Positions 35,467 to 35,558 of a stretch of DNA of 35,558 bases are shown one piece after another; position 1 is the stretch's first letter; every line of letters begins with the position of its first letter. Location of the stretch: assembly GCA_945885645.1 (NCBI GenBank), contig CAMCYV010000003.1, forward strand, positions 1-35,558, given 5' to 3'. This stretch comes from Bifidobacterium breve (GTDB lineage: Bacteria; Actinomycetota; Actinomycetes; S36-B12). Position numbers and translations under genes: made by a program. Under the pieces are notes generated by a model. It saw nothing but the letters and a program-made list of their open reading frames with translations, was not told where the DNA came from and ran no database searches.

Positions 35467-35558
35467 ATGGCGGATAGCAGTTTTGACATAGTTTCAGAGG
35501 TTGACCATCAAGAGGCCGATAACGCACTTAATCAGACGGCTAAGGAACTCTCCCAACG
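35467..35558 (+). CDS. yajQ: YajQ family nucleotide/c-di-GMP-binding protein (5' part; runs off the window)
   Basis: [30 protein letters not shown] with an AAGGA RBS. Divergent from tRNA-Tyr, as in other actinobacteria. Not listed in the ORF track. Confidence 0.92.
   Translation, partial: MADSSFDIVSEVDHQEADNALNQTAKELSQ

Noticed and set aside
35220-35489. ORFs 35220-35489 and 35240-35422
   Set aside because: They overlap tRNA-Tyr and the yajQ start, so they are spurious.
1-35558. Mobile elements, CRISPR arrays, defence systems, NRPS/PKS biosynthetic genes
   Set aside because: I recognised no integrase, transposase, repeat-spacer array, nuclease, carrier protein or condensing enzyme. The gene content reads as catabolic.

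Overview
This is a gene-dense bacterial window, most likely from an actinobacterium. That assignment rests on an actinobacterial-type YajQ divergent from tRNA-Tyr, several leaderless TANNNT promoters and a lipoprotein solute-binding protein. About 34 kb downstream of tRNA-Tyr(GTA) is one large, apparently co-regulated catabolic locus. It encodes a family-5 (Opp/Dpp-like) ABC importer, an MFS transporter and a FadR/GntR regulator. The CoA-dependent enzymes are a CoA ligase, a CaiB CoA-transferase, 3 acyl-CoA dehydrogenases, 2 crotonases, 4 MaoC/hotdog proteins, TesB, a Cys-less thiolase-like protein with a DUF35 partner, a CitE-like lyase, MmgE/PrpD and an orphan AceE-like ThDP enzyme. The C-N and redox enzymes are an amidase, a cysteine hydrolase, a triple-Rid fusion, an LLM oxidoreductase, a VOC protein, 2 cupins, an atypical alpha/beta hydrolase, an AhpD-like protein and a Cys-type UGSC-family protein with its partner. 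A 15-bp palindrome with a TC(A/T)GA core and AT-rich flanks occurs six times, spread over five intergenic regions, and is a good candidate operator for the FadR regulator. I cannot identify the substrate from sequence alone. I saw no integrase, transposase or CRISPR array. All family calls come from motif recognition by eye, not from database searches.
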